Below are positions 17,785 through 27,882 of a DNA stretch of 32,911 nt, in pieces. A program made the translations under genes and the position numbers. The stretch's first letter is position 1, and every line of letters begins with the position of its first letter. The stretch lies in IMG/VR virus record IMGVR_UViG_3300020045_013166, positions 1 to 32,911 of that record; one strand, written 5' to 3'. The DNA is from a virus. Its lineage: Duplodnaviria > Caudoviricetes. The notes beneath the pieces were generated by a model. It searched no databases, was not told the origin of the DNA, and saw only the letters and a program-made list of their open reading frames with translations.

Positions 17785-18015
17785 ATGGGGATTCAGAACA
17801 TTGGGTTACTGTTCCCAGAAGGCTTTCCATACTCCGAGGAAGAGTTCGTTCCCGAACCGATTCTCTTCGTAGTGGGCGCCCCAAACAGCAACGGTGTCTT
17901 CTCCATATCCGGTCCATCGGATCAGGTTATGGTGACCAGCGATACCGAATTCACGCTCAATTCACCTCAGGTTACCGACAATGCCGACGGTAGCTACTCA
18001 GCTACTTCGGCGTAG
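17785..18015 (+). CDS. Stand-alone copy of the tail-tube C-terminal repeat domain
   Basis: FVVGAPNSNGVFSISGP..VTDNADGSYSATS matches FTVGIPDSNGVFSISGP..VVDNGDGSYTTSS. AGGAGG RBS. Confidence 0.75.
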   Translation: MGIQNIGLLFPEGFPYSEEEFVPEPILFVVGAPNSNGVFSISGPSDQVMVTSDTEFTLNSPQVTDNADGSYSATSA

Positions 18016-18026
18016 AAAGGAGAATC

Positions 18027-18272
18027 ATGCCTACTGTCAATGCGCTTACCGCGGAACGGACTCTCGAGATCGAAGACGCGATCATCGTGAGTGCCACGGT
18101 AAACGGCAGCGGTCACCTGATTCTGACTCGGAACGACACTTCAACTGTCGATGCCGGTTTGGTCAAGGGCGCCAACGGCGCTGCAGGAACTTCCGGTGCA
18201 CTTTCCGTGACTTCGCTCGAGGATGTCCCCGGGGGAACTCCGGCCGGAACGCCGATCTTCCTCCACGCGTAA
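18027..18272 (+). CDS. Short tail-fibre anchor-like protein (81 aa)
   Basis: GAAAGGAG RBS. MPTVNALTAERTLEI..GHLILTRNDTSTVDAG resembles fibre N-termini. Confidence 0.6.
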   Translation: MPTVNALTAERTLEIEDAIIVSATVNGSGHLILTRNDTSTVDAGLVKGANGAAGTSGALSVTSLEDVPGGTPAGTPIFLHA

Positions 18273-18286
18273 CCAAGGAGATCTTT

Positions 18287-18661
18287 GTGTTCTCGATAAC
18301 CAGCAAGGGTTCGTTTCGAAAGACTCAGTCATATCTTGAACAGATGACTAAACTCGACGTAGCCAAGATCATGGCACAGTCGGGTAAGGCCGGGGTAGCT
18401 GCTTTAGCTTCAGCGACTCCTGTTGAGTCGGGTCTGGCTGCAAATTCATGGACCTACGAGATCGAATCTGGTATCGGGCACGCTCAGATAACCTGGCACA
18501 ACACAGACGTCGAAAGTGGTTTCCCTGTTGCGATCATGCTTCAGTTCGGATATGCCACCGGTACAGGTGGGTACGTGGCTGGGCGAGATTACATCAACCC
18601 CGCCATCGAACCCATATTCCAAAAGATCCAAGCTGACGTCTGGAAGGCGGTGACCTCCTAA
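18287..18661 (+). CDS. HK97 gp10-like tail component
   Basis: AAGGAG RBS and GTG at 18287. ATPVESG..A.SW..LQFGYAT..G..YINPA. Stop overlaps the tape measure ATG. Confidence 0.7.
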   Translation: MFSITSKGSFRKTQSYLEQMTKLDVAKIMAQSGKAGVAALASATPVESGLAANSWTYEIESGIGHAQITWHNTDVESGFPVAIMLQFGYATGTGGYVAGRDYINPAIEPIFQKIQADVWKAVTS

Positions 18662-21600
18662 TGCCCGGTATTGATACCAGAGTTGTTCAGGTTCGATTTG
18701 ACAACGCGCAGTTCGAAGCAGCAATTCGCAAGACGCTTTCTTCGCTTGTGTCTTTGGAACGCGGACTCCAGCTTGACGGAGCCACCAAAGGCCTGAACGA
18801 CGTCAGCAATGCAGCAAGTCGCTTCAGCCTCGGAAATATCGGCGCTGGAGTAGACAAGATCGCCGGCCGTTTCAGTGCGATGTCGATTGTCGCGATTGCG
18901 GCTTTGGCTAGCATCGCAGCAAAGGCCGTTTCGGCCGGCGCATCTCTGGTCAAGTCTCTGACTATCGAGCCACTCAAGAGTGGTTTCGCGGAATATGAGA
19001 CTGGACTGAACTCGGTTCAGACAATTCTGGCTAACACGCAAGCGGCCGGCGTTGGTTTGAAAGAAGTCAATCACACCCTGGAAGAGTTGAACCATTACTC
19101 TGACCAGACGATTTACAACTTCGCTGAGATGGCCAAGAACATTGGTACATTCACCGCGGCAGGTGTGGATCTGAAGACTGCAACAGCGTCGATCAAGGGT
19201 ATTGCTAACCTTGCTGCGTTGTCGGGTTCTAACTCGGAGCAGGCTTCTGGCGCCATGTACCAGCTTTCCCAGGCTATTTCTGCTGGGCGAGTTTCGCTTG
19301 AGGACTGGAACTCGGTCGTCAACGCGGGTATGGGCGGTACGGTATTCCAGCGTGCGTTGGCTCAGAACGCCGAGAAGATGGGAACCCTGGACAAGGGCGC
19401 CGTCAAGCTCAAGGGCAGCATGAAGAACGTGACAATCGAGGGCAAGTCCTTCCGAGAGTCCATCACTGCCAAGCCGGGTCAGGAATCCTGGTTGACCTCC
19501 GACGTGCTTACTCGTACTTTGAGTCAGTTCACCGGAGACCTTTCTGATGCTGCTCTTGCGGCTCAGGGCTTCAACAAGGCTGAGATCAAGGCGATTCAGG
19601 CGCAAGCCAAGACCGCCAAAAATGCGGCCACTCAGGTCAAGACGCTTACTCAGCTTCTTGGCACGATGAAGGAAGCGGCCGGCTCTGGCTGGGCCAAGAC
19701 CTGGCAACTCATATTTGGAGACTTCGAAGAAGCCAAGACTCTGTTTACGGACGTCAACAACGTTCTGGGCGGATTCATTGCTTCTTCGGCAGATGCCAGA
19801 AACAAGGTTGTCGGAGACTGGAAAGAGCTGGGCGGCCGTACGGTCCTCATCGAAGCAATCGGCAATGCGTTCAAGGCGGTTGTCTCTTTGGTCACGCCGA
19901 TCAAGGAAGCATTCCGCCAAATTTTCCCGGCGACAACAGGCAAACAGCTGTACGATTTGTCCGTTTCTTTGCGTAACTTCACTCAGGGTCTTATCCTGGG
20001 CGGGGACACGATGAACAAGGTGAAGCGGACGTTTGCTGGTGTCTTTGCCATATTTGGCATTGGTGTCGAGATCATCAAGCAGATCGCAAAGACATTCTTC
20101 GGATTGTTCGGAACGATCAGCGACGGATCTGGCGGGTTCCTCGATTTTACTGCGGGCATTGGCGATTTCCTCGTCGGCCTGCACAAGGCAGTCAAGGAAG
20201 GCGAAGGCCTCACCAAGTTCTTCGAGGGCTTGGGTAAGGTGTTGTCATATCCTATCAAGGCCATTCAGGCTTTGGTTCGACTGATCGCTTCGGCGTTCGG
20301 CGGAGATTCTGACGGCCTATCTCAGATGCAGGAACGATTTGCGCCTTTGGGTGCTCTCGGTAACGTCATCGCAATTGCTTGGTCTAAGGTCGTTGGGATA
20401 TTTGACAACGTCTGGTCTACATTCCAGGAGATGGCGCCGCAACTGAGCGAGGCTTTCGGCTCTCTGATGGACAGCATCACCGCTGCATTTTCTGGCGGGA
20501 ACTACGACAAGATCCTTGACGGGATCAACACTGGTCTGTTTGCTGCACTGGTACTTGCCTTCCGGAAGTTCGCTACGGGAAGTCTCTTCGGAGATGTGAA
20601 CGTGGGCGAAGGCTTCTTCGAATCGATCACGGAATCCTTCGGGAACCTGACGTCGACGATGAAGGCAATGCAGGCTCAGCTGAAGGCCAGTACCCTCCTC
20701 AAGATCGCTGCGGCAATCGCGCTTCTCACGGCTTCCGTGGTGGCGTTGTCCATGATCGATTCTGAGAAGTTGAACCAGGCGCTTGGCGCTCTCGGCATCA
20801 TGTTCGGTCAGCTTCTGGTAGCCATGGCGCTCTTTGCAAAGGCTACCGCTGCTGCAGGTCTCGTCCGACTTCCTGTAATGGCGGCCGGTCTTATTCTCTT
20901 TGCCATTGCGATTGACATACTGGTGATCGCAGTAACGGCACTCTCAAAGCTCAACTGGGAAGAACTGGCCAAGGGGCTTGGCGGAACGCTCGTATTGCTC
21001 GTCGCACTTGTTGGCGTTGTACGAGGAATGGCTGGCGCAGGACCCGGGATGGTAACCGCCGGTGCCGGTCTTATTCTCTTGGCTGCAGCAATCAAGATCC
21101 TTGTGACTGCTGTAACGGACCTCTCGGGTCTCAGCTGGGAGGAAATGGCTCAGGGATTGACTGGCGTTGGAGTGTTGCTTGCGTCACTGGCGCTCTTCTC
21201 CAGATTTGCTTCGGCGAATGCAGGAGGGGTGCTTGCGGGCGCGGGGATCGTACTCCTTGCTGCCGGAATCAAGATCCTGGCCAGTGCTCTGAAAGATATT
21301 TCCACTCTCTCGTGGGAAGAGCTTGCTCAAGGCCTCGTAGGTATGGCGGGTGGACTCACAGCAATCGCTGCTGCCCTCATTCTTATTCCGCCGTCAGGCG
21401 TCCTGTCTGCGGCTGCTGTTCTTATTGTCGCTACCTCGTTGGGAATCCTTGCTAAGGCGTTGGCTCTCATGGCAGAAATGTCATGGCAGGAAATCGCTAA
21501 GGGTCTCGTGGTTCTGGCTGGGTCGTTGGTGATCATCTCGGCGGCTATGTATTTGATGACAGGGGCTCTCCCTGGCGCCGCAGCGCTCTTGGTAGTGGCT

Positions 21601-23802
21601 GCTTCTCTGGCGCTTCTTGCTCCGATTCTCAAGACGTTTGCTGGTATGACCTGGGGTGAAATTGCCAAGGGTCTTACAATGCTGGCTGCGTCCCTGGCGA
21701 TCATCGGAGTTGCTGGACTTCTGCTCGCTCCCGTCGTCCCAGTCCTACTGGGTCTCGGTGTTGCGATTACCCTTCTGGGTGTCGGAATGCTTGCGGCAGG
21801 TGCAGGAATACTTCTGTTCGCGACAGCCTTGACTGCTCTGAGTGTTGCTGGAGCAGCCGGTGCCGCGGCAATTGTGGGGATCGTTACAGCCTTGATCGGC
21901 TTGATCCCGAAGGTCATGACCCAGATTGGGCTGGGTATCGCAGCGTTTGCTAAGACCATTGCGACTGCTGCACCAGCCATATTCAAGTCCATGACTATCT
22001 TCGTCACGTCAATGTTGACGGCACTTCAGAAGATGATCCCGAAGATCGTGCAGACCCTCATCAAACTGATCCAGAACTTGGTTCAGCAGATGGCTAACGC
22101 TACGCCTCGTTTGGTTGCGTCCGGTTTCAAGATGCTGATGGCGATCCTTACCGGGATTCAAAACAACATCGGTCGTATTGTCGGCGTAGTGTCAAAGATC
22201 ATCCAGAACTTCCTGAGTGCCATGGGAAGGGAATTGCCGAAGATCACCAACTCTGGTGTCAAGTTCATCATCTCGTTCGTCAACGGTCTGGCTAAGGCTG
22301 TCCGTAGTAATTCGGCCGAGATGGGTGCTGCAGGTGCAAACCTGGCTACGGCAATCGTGGAGGGTATGGTCCGCGGTCTGGCTTCTGGCGCCGGCGTTAT
22401 CGCTGGCAAGGCAAGAGACGTTGCTCGAGGTGCGTTGAACGCAGCAAAGGGCGCGCTTGGCATTAACTCACCGTCAAAGGAATTCCAGAAGATTGGTGAG
22501 TACGTCAACCAGGGATGGTTGAAAGGTCTCCAGGGCAGCAGTTCTCAGGTCCTGGAAGCTTACAGAGCTCTTGGCACCAAGCTGAGAGACATGATGGCGT
22601 CTTCTAGCAAGACTGTAGACACTCTTGAAGCTCGGTTGAAGCGGCTCAACGCTGCTCGCAAGAAAGACCGTAGCGAGATCAAGAAGACGACTGCCGCATT
22701 GAAGCAGGCTCGCGCAGAAGAAAAGAAGGCAAAATCTGCGTACAGCACGCTTGGTAAGTACTTGGCAGACGACACTAACCGGCTTCGTAAGATGGCCGAC
22801 AGTCTCGATGTGATCGGTGGGAAGCTGGAAGCAGCTAACCAGAAACTTACGGACGCCAAGAAGGTCCGTGACGATTACAACGCCGCAATCAAGACACAGT
22901 ACTCCGATCTTCCAGAGATCTCCAACGAGACCAAGCTGGGCGATTACCTCAATGATCTGAAGAAGCAGATCGTCGAGACCAAGGCCTTCACGGCGATGGT
23001 GACCAAGCTTCGTGCTTTGGGTTTGAACGACACCATCTACAAGGAATTGCTGGCCAAGGGTACTGACGCCATTCCGTTCATGTCGCAGTTGCTAGATTCC
23101 GGTAAGGCCGGAGTGACTGAGCTGAACGGGCTGAGCAAGAGCCTGGATACTGTTGCTGGAAACCTCGGTAACTCTGCTTCTAAGACTCTTTACCAGGCTG
23201 CCGTTGATTCGGCTCAAGGTTTGGTCGATGGGTTGAACAAGCAGAAGAAGGCTATCGAGAAGGCGATGGAATCTATCGCTAACGCGATGGTAAAGGCTAT
23301 CAAGAAGAAGCTCGGGATCAAGTCTCCGTCTCGTGCATTCATGGAAGTGGGTAAGTTCTCTGCGGAGGGCGTTGCCCGAGGACTCGATCAGACGTCTGCG
23401 AAGGTTAACGAGTCGGCCGAACGGGTCGGTAAGGAAGCCATCCTTGCTCTGCAGAAGTCCATCTCAGCTGTCAAAATGGGAGGATCTAGTATGGATCTGC
23501 AGCCCACGATTCGACCGATCCTTGATTTGTCGGGTGTGAAGAAAGACGCTGACGGAATCTACAAGATTCTTCCTGTCGACGGATCCATATCTGTTGGAAC
23601 AACGTACGAGAAGGCCCGTGGGGCACGACGTACTTACGACGCCAACAAGCAGTACACCACTATGCCCGTCGAAACAGCAACGGATGCTCGTCCGGTTCAG
23701 TTCATCCAGAACAACAATTCACCCAAGGCCTTGACCAATGCTGAGATCTATCGGCAGACAAGGAACCAGCTATCGATGGCGAAGGGAGCTCTGACTAAGT
23801 AA
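18661..23802 (+). CDS. Tape measure protein (1713 aa)
   Basis: Longest ORF, Ala/Gly/Leu-rich. N-terminal tape-measure domain (LNHYSDQTIYNF..MYQLSQA). Periodic WEE/WQE hydrophobic repeats. Confidence 0.95.
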   Translation: MPGIDTRVVQVRFDNAQFEAAIRKTLSSLVSLERGLQLDGATKGLNDVSNAASRFSLGNIGAGVDKIAGRFSAMSIVAIAALASIAAKAVSAGASLVKSLTIEPLKSGFAEYETGLNSVQTILANTQAAGVGLKEVNHTLEELNHYSDQTIYNFAEMAKNIGTFTAAGVDLKTATASIKGIANLAALSGSNSEQASGAMYQLSQAISAGRVSLEDWNSVVNAGMGGTVFQRALAQNAEKMGTLDKGAVKLKGSMKNVTIEGKSFRESITAKPGQESWLTSDVLTRTLSQFTGDLSDAALAAQGFNKAEIKAIQAQAKTAKNAATQVKTLTQLLGTMKEAAGSGWAKTWQLIFGDFEEAKTLFTDVNNVLGGFIASSADARNKVVGDWKELGGRTVLIEAIGNAFKAVVSLVTPIKEAFRQIFPATTGKQLYDLSVSLRNFTQGLILGGDTMNKVKRTFAGVFAIFGIGVEIIKQIAKTFFGLFGTISDGSGGFLDFTAGIGDFLVGLHKAVKEGEGLTKFFEGLGKVLSYPIKAIQALVRLIASAFGGDSDGLSQMQERFAPLGALGNVIAIAWSKVVGIFDNVWSTFQEMAPQLSEAFGSLMDSITAAFSGGNYDKILDGINTGLFAALVLAFRKFATGSLFGDVNVGEGFFESITESFGNLTSTMKAMQAQLKASTLLKIAAAIALLTASVVALSMIDSEKLNQALGALGIMFGQLLVAMALFAKATAAAGLVRLPVMAAGLILFAIAIDILVIAVTALSKLNWEELAKGLGGTLVLLVALVGVVRGMAGAGPGMVTAGAGLILLAAAIKILVTAVTDLSGLSWEEMAQGLTGVGVLLASLALFSRFASANAGGVLAGAGIVLLAAGIKILASALKDISTLSWEELAQGLVGMAGGLTAIAAALILIPPSGVLSAAAVLIVATSLGILAKALALMAEMSWQEIAKGLVVLAGSLVIISAAMYLMTGALPGAAALLVVAASLALLAPILKTFAGMTWGEIAKGLTMLAASLAIIGVAGLLLAPVVPVLLGLGVAITLLGVGMLAAGAGILLFATALTALSVAGAAGAAAIVGIVTALIGLIPKVMTQIGLGIAAFAKTIATAAPAIFKSMTIFVTSMLTALQKMIPKIVQTLIKLIQNLVQQMANATPRLVASGFKMLMAILTGIQNNIGRIVGVVSKIIQNFLSAMGRELPKITNSGVKFIISFVNGLAKAVRSNSAEMGAAGANLATAIVEGMVRGLASGAGVIAGKARDVARGALNAAKGALGINSPSKEFQKIGEYVNQGWLKGLQGSSSQVLEAYRALGTKLRDMMASSSKTVDTLEARLKRLNAARKKDRSEIKKTTAALKQARAEEKKAKSAYSTLGKYLADDTNRLRKMADSLDVIGGKLEAANQKLTDAKKVRDDYNAAIKTQYSDLPEISNETKLGDYLNDLKKQIVETKAFTAMVTKLRALGLNDTIYKELLAKGTDAIPFMSQLLDSGKAGVTELNGLSKSLDTVAGNLGNSASKTLYQAAVDSAQGLVDGLNKQKKAIEKAMESIANAMVKAIKKKLGIKSPSRAFMEVGKFSAEGVARGLDQTSAKVNESAERVGKEAILALQKSISAVKMGGSSMDLQPTIRPILDLSGVKKDADGIYKILPVDGSISVGTTYEKARGARRTYDANKQYTTMPVETATDARPVQFIQNNNSPKALTNAEIYRQTRNQLSMAKGALTK

Positions 23803-24620
23803 TGCTTACGCTAGTTGAAGTACGCGGTCAGGGCGGCACTCTGGGTCTGCCTATGGTGGATCCCTCCCTTGGTTACGATGTACAGGATATTCTTGGGCTT
23901 GACCCGGTGAAGGCTACTTTGGTGTCTTCAAGCTTCGCCCAGCAAGATGGGGCGCAGTACCAGTCAGCCCGGCGTGAAACTCGAAACATCCAGCTGACCC
24001 TTGGGTTGTATCCGGACTACGCTCTGGATACTGTCTCATCTCTTCGTAAGCGGCTCTACCCGTTCTTCATGCCAAAGACAGCCGTCAGCCTGAGATTCTT
24101 CATGGAGGATGGTCTCGTCGTCGACATCGATGGACGGGTAGAGTCGTTCGAGAGCCCGAAGTTCACGCAAGAACCAACCGTCGTCGTGTCCCTTCTCTGC
24201 TTCAATCCGGATTTCATTGAGCCGGAGCAAGTAGTGGTGGAGGGCACGACGACGGACGACGTCAACACGCTCCTGATCGACTACGTGGGAACTGTTGAAT
24301 CGGGAATCGAACTCAAGCTTTTCGTGGACCGGACCATGAGCGAGTTCACCGTGTATCACCAACTGCCGGATGGAACCATCAAGACGATGGACTTTGCGGC
24401 GCCCGTCGTGGCCGGTGACGTAGTAACGATCAACACCGTTTCCGGATCTAAATCCGCGGTGTTGACTCACACCGGCTCCGACAGCTCTGTTCTGTACGGA
24501 ATCTCTCCGCAGTCAAACTGGCTTGAGCTAGACACGGGCGCCAACGCGATTCGTGTGTATGCGGAGGGAGCTGCCGTTCCGTACACCATCACCTACACCA
24601 GACGGTACGGAGGCTTGTAG
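23802..24620 (+). CDS. Distal tail (Dit-like) protein
   Basis: Directly after the tape measure gene. GLDPV..DGAQYQSARRETRNI..WLELDTGANAI. Confidence 0.75.
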   Translation: MLTLVEVRGQGGTLGLPMVDPSLGYDVQDILGLDPVKATLVSSSFAQQDGAQYQSARRETRNIQLTLGLYPDYALDTVSSLRKRLYPFFMPKTAVSLRFFMEDGLVVDIDGRVESFESPKFTQEPTVVVSLLCFNPDFIEPEQVVVEGTTTDDVNTLLIDYVGTVESGIELKLFVDRTMSEFTVYHQLPDGTIKTMDFAAPVVAGDVVTINTVSGSKSAVLTHTGSDSSVLYGISPQSNWLELDTGANAIRVYAEGAAVPYTITYTRRYGGL

Positions 24621-25786
24621 TGGACATCTATATTCTCGACAGCCTTCTCCGTCGGGAAACCCTGGTGGACAGGTACCTGTCGTTCATTTGGACTGAGCGG
24701 TTCGCAGCGTACGGCGACTTCGAACTAGTATTGCATTCCACGCCGAGCAACAGGAGCCTGTTCACTCCGGGGACTCTTCTTGCATCCAGCGAATCGCACT
24801 ATGTGCAGAAGATTACCACGATTGAAGACAACACAGACGCTGAAGGAAAGTCCACGCTCAAAGTCTCGGGTGTCTCTCTCGAAGAGATGCTGCAGAGTCG
24901 TGTGGCCGCAGGCGTTTTGGATGATTTGACTGCAGCCCCCACATGGAACATCACAAATACCCCGGGGGCAATTTGCCGAAAGATCTTTCATGACATCTGC
25001 GTGACCGGCATACTAAACGCCGGAGACGTGATCCCTTATATTTCCGAGGGGTCCTTTCTCCCTGCCGACAACATTCCAGAGCCAGTAGAACCCATTACGG
25101 TTAACCTGGAACCGCAAAGCGTCTATGACGCAATCAAAGGCATTTGCGATACTTGGTCGTTGGGGTTCCGCATTCTTCGCAACGGAGATCTGTCGCAGCT
25201 ATATTTCGACATCTACTCCGGCAGCGATCGCACAACACTTCAGACAATTTTACCCGCGGTGGTATTTTCGCCCGAACTCGAGAGCTTGCAAAACACAACC
25301 GAGCTAAGGTCCATTGCCAACTACAAGAACGTGGCGTACGTCTTTGGTCCGGCAGGATACGAGACGGTATATCCTCCGGACATCAATCCTGCAGTTGAGG
25401 GATTCGAGCGTCAGGTACTCATGGTCAACGCATCGGATATTACATCTGAGAATCCGGACGTGTCTGCCGCAATGATTCAGCGAGGTCTCGAGGCTCTTGC
25501 TCAACAGCGGAGTTTTGCTGCTTTCGATGGCGAGATCAATCCGAACAGTACGTACAAATATGGCACCCACTACTACCTCGGCGATCTGGTCGAGATGCGA
25601 AACGTGGATGGCGTAACGAATCAAATGCGGGTGACTGAACAGATCTTTGTCTCTGACGAAGAAGGCGAACGTACATATCCTACGCTTGCTATTGCTCTGT
25701 TCATCGACACCGGTACGTGGTTCTCGTGGGACACCAACCAGGAATGGGAGGACGTCCCTCCGACCGAATTCTGGGCCAACCAGTAA
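24620..25786 (+). CDS. Baseplate hub / minor tail protein (ReqiPepy6 Gp37-like)
   Basis: SFIWTERFAAYGDFEL at the N-terminus. YKYGTHYYLGDLVE..RVTEQI at the C-terminus. Confidence 0.75.
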   Translation: MDIYILDSLLRRETLVDRYLSFIWTERFAAYGDFELVLHSTPSNRSLFTPGTLLASSESHYVQKITTIEDNTDAEGKSTLKVSGVSLEEMLQSRVAAGVLDDLTAAPTWNITNTPGAICRKIFHDICVTGILNAGDVIPYISEGSFLPADNIPEPVEPITVNLEPQSVYDAIKGICDTWSLGFRILRNGDLSQLYFDIYSGSDRTTLQTILPAVVFSPELESLQNTTELRSIANYKNVAYVFGPAGYETVYPPDINPAVEGFERQVLMVNASDITSENPDVSAAMIQRGLEALAQQRSFAAFDGEINPNSTYKYGTHYYLGDLVEMRNVDGVTNQMRVTEQIFVSDEEGERTYPTLAIALFIDTGTWFSWDTNQEWEDVPPTEFWANQ

Positions 25787-25810
25787 CGATTCAGCAAGGG
25801 AGGTTAGACA

Positions 25811-26050
25811 ATGGCTGTAGGAGATCAGGCAGCAGCGGCTGGATATCCGCTTGTCCCGGACACCGGCGAAGAAGGCAAGGTTCGTTGGGGTGCGCGAGAG
25901 ATCAACCGTACTCGGGACTTGATCGCCGCTGTCAAGGGGCTTATTCCTGGCGGAAAGGCTGCTTACCGAACTGCTGCTGGAATCAGCTCTGGTACCACGG
26001 ATCCCACCGGTGGCAACGACGGCGATATTTACTTCAAGATCATCCTGTAG
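25811..26050 (+). CDS. Small minor tail protein (79 aa)
   Basis: GGGAGG RBS. C-terminal SSGTTDPTGGNDGDIYFK motif common in tail-fibre adaptors. Confidence 0.65.
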   Translation: MAVGDQAAAAGYPLVPDTGEEGKVRWGAREINRTRDLIAAVKGLIPGGKAAYRTAAGISSGTTDPTGGNDGDIYFKIIL

Positions 26051-26059
26051 GGGGTTGTC

Positions 26060-27055
26060 ATGGTAGACCATACCCGCTCTACAGGTAGTACCGCCACGAT
26101 GCTTATTCGCGATACCGGAACGCACGTTCAGTTCTGGCTTCGCGCCGGTAACACAACTTCATATGATCATGACCTTCAGTACGGGTTCACGGTCAACGGT
26201 ACGGCGGACAACACAAACACCTTCAGGTTCGTTGCCGGCGGCTCCTGGCAGATGATTCGTCAGTGGGCCGTCTCATATTCTCAGACAGTTCAGTGGAGGC
26301 TCGAAGCTACTGGTACTGCGGGAATTGGCGGACCTACGGTCTTCAGTGTTTGGATCGATCGGCACCGAATTCCAGACGCGCCAAGTGCACCTCGAGCATC
26401 CTTGATCAAAGCCACTTCAATGGTGATCAAGTTTGACGATCCTGCGGATATTGGCGGTACTGCGCTTGATGGTAGAGAGATTGTCTATCGCAAAGCGGGC
26501 GCAGACACCAGCACCAACGTCCACATTAGCAGCTGGGACCGGAACAGCACAATTACCGGTCTTACTGCAGGAACGTCATATTACTTCTATGCCCGGGTGC
26601 ACAACGAAAAGGGTTGGGGTCCCTACAGTCCTAGAACTACGGTTTCTACGCTGGACGAGCCCGATCCTCCGGGAGTTGTATCGTTTAGCGAACTCGCACA
26701 GCGAAGCGTCAAAGTTTCATTCGTCGACGGCGATACCAACGGTACTGCAATCATCGGCCGGCAAGTTGGATACAGCTTGACCACAGGGAACCCCACAAAC
26801 CTTGTGACATATTCTGGTCCAACAACAATCACAGGTCTTCAACCGGCCACCAAGTACTACTTCCGTTCCCGCACTCAGAACTCCGTCGGATGGAGCAACT
26901 GGGGTCCAACCTCTGAGGTCACGACGCTTGCCGGCGTTCGTATCAACGTGAATGGTGTGTGGAAAACTGCCATCCCCTACGTCAAAGTCGGCGGTGTGTG
27001 GAAGGTAGCTAGGCCTTGGGGTCGGCAATTCGGCTACTGGGAGGAAACCACCTAA
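26060..27055 (+). CDS. Minor tail protein with two fibronectin type III domains
   Basis: PDAPSAP..ITGLTAGTSYYFYARVHNEKGWGPYS and PDPP..ITGLQPATKYYFRSRTQNSVGWSNW. Confidence 0.85.
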   Translation: MVDHTRSTGSTATMLIRDTGTHVQFWLRAGNTTSYDHDLQYGFTVNGTADNTNTFRFVAGGSWQMIRQWAVSYSQTVQWRLEATGTAGIGGPTVFSVWIDRHRIPDAPSAPRASLIKATSMVIKFDDPADIGGTALDGREIVYRKAGADTSTNVHISSWDRNSTITGLTAGTSYYFYARVHNEKGWGPYSPRTTVSTLDEPDPPGVVSFSELAQRSVKVSFVDGDTNGTAIIGRQVGYSLTTGNPTNLVTYSGPTTITGLQPATKYYFRSRTQNSVGWSNWGPTSEVTTLAGVRINVNGVWKTAIPYVKVGGVWKVARPWGRQFGYWEETT

Positions 27056-27345
27056 TGTTCATGGGCATTTCAATCGAGACTCTCACGGCCTCAAGCCTGC
27101 TGGGTCTTGCCGTCTTGATGATCTTATTTGGGAGGTTAGTTCCCCGCAGGGTCTATCAAGACAAAGCGGAAGAAGCCAGTCGTTGGCAACTCGCATTTGA
27201 GATTCAGCGCGAACGCTCTGACAAACAAGACGTTCAAATCGAATCTCTTCTCGAGCAAGGAAAAACCACACATGCCCTTATCACTGCGGTATTCAGCAAT
27301 AGCGCTGCTATCCGTCAGGCAGGTGAGCAGAATGTGGCTTCTTAA
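27055..27345 (+). CDS. Membrane protein, lysis cluster
   Basis: N-terminal TM segment SLLGLAVLMILFGRLVPR followed by a coiled coil. GGAGG RBS. Confidence 0.65.
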   Translation: MFMGISIETLTASSLLGLAVLMILFGRLVPRRVYQDKAEEASRWQLAFEIQRERSDKQDVQIESLLEQGKTTHALITAVFSNSAAIRQAGEQNVAS

Positions 27346-27517
27346 ACGAGAAAAGGATCAAAAGTCAATTCAGGCTTTGCAGGAGTCTAAGGCTGAATTG
27401 ATGAAGACGGAACAAAGAACTGCGGAAATCTCTGCGGTATCACAAGCTCTTCGTACACTCAGGGAGAGGAATCATTTCGCTGAGCAGTTGGAAAGCATTA
27501 TGGGAGGACCCCGATGA
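27332..27517 (+). CDS. Small coiled-coil protein (61 aa), lysis cluster
   Basis: AGGTGA RBS and ATG at 27332. Ends LRERNHFAEQLESIMGGPR. Overlaps both neighbours. Confidence 0.6.
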   Translation: MWLLKREKDQKSIQALQESKAELMKTEQRTAEISAVSQALRTLRERNHFAEQLESIMGGPR

Positions 27518-27882
27518 TTACTCGTGACATGGAGACCGCCGTCATCATTGGACGGTTACTCTTGATCGTGGCCACTATTTCCACGACGTCATTTCCGGTC
27601 CTGTACGCATTCTCGCCCTGGTACAAAGCTCCTCTGGGCCGCGCTGTAATGATGCAAGCGGTCACACTAGCTCTTGCGATCTGGTTGAAATTCGTCTTGA
27701 CTTTCTTTATCGCGGAAGGTCCTCGCGTCTTTCTGCTCTGGACGAACGTGGTGGTTCTTATTCTGATTACCATCGCCACTTCTTCGCTGACCTACCTGCT
27801 GTGGACCATTCGTCGTACCGCCAAACGAAAGGCAATTGAAGATGAGCGACTCCTCTACCTCGACCGCACTGCAGTTGAGTAG
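27514..27882 (+). CDS. Three-TM membrane protein, putative holin
   Basis: Three hydrophobic segments and a basic C-terminus. GGAGG RBS. Confidence 0.6.
   Translation: MITRDMETAVIIGRLLLIVATISTTSFPVLYAFSPWYKAPLGRAVMMQAVTLALAIWLKFVLTFFIAEGPRVFLLWTNVVVLILITIATSSLTYLLWTIRRTAKRKAIEDERLLYLDRTAVE

Noticed and set aside
17981-18286. N-terminal extension of the gp10-like ORF to 226 aa
   Set aside because: It overlaps two better-supported genes. The AAGGAG plus GTG at 18287 is the plausible start.
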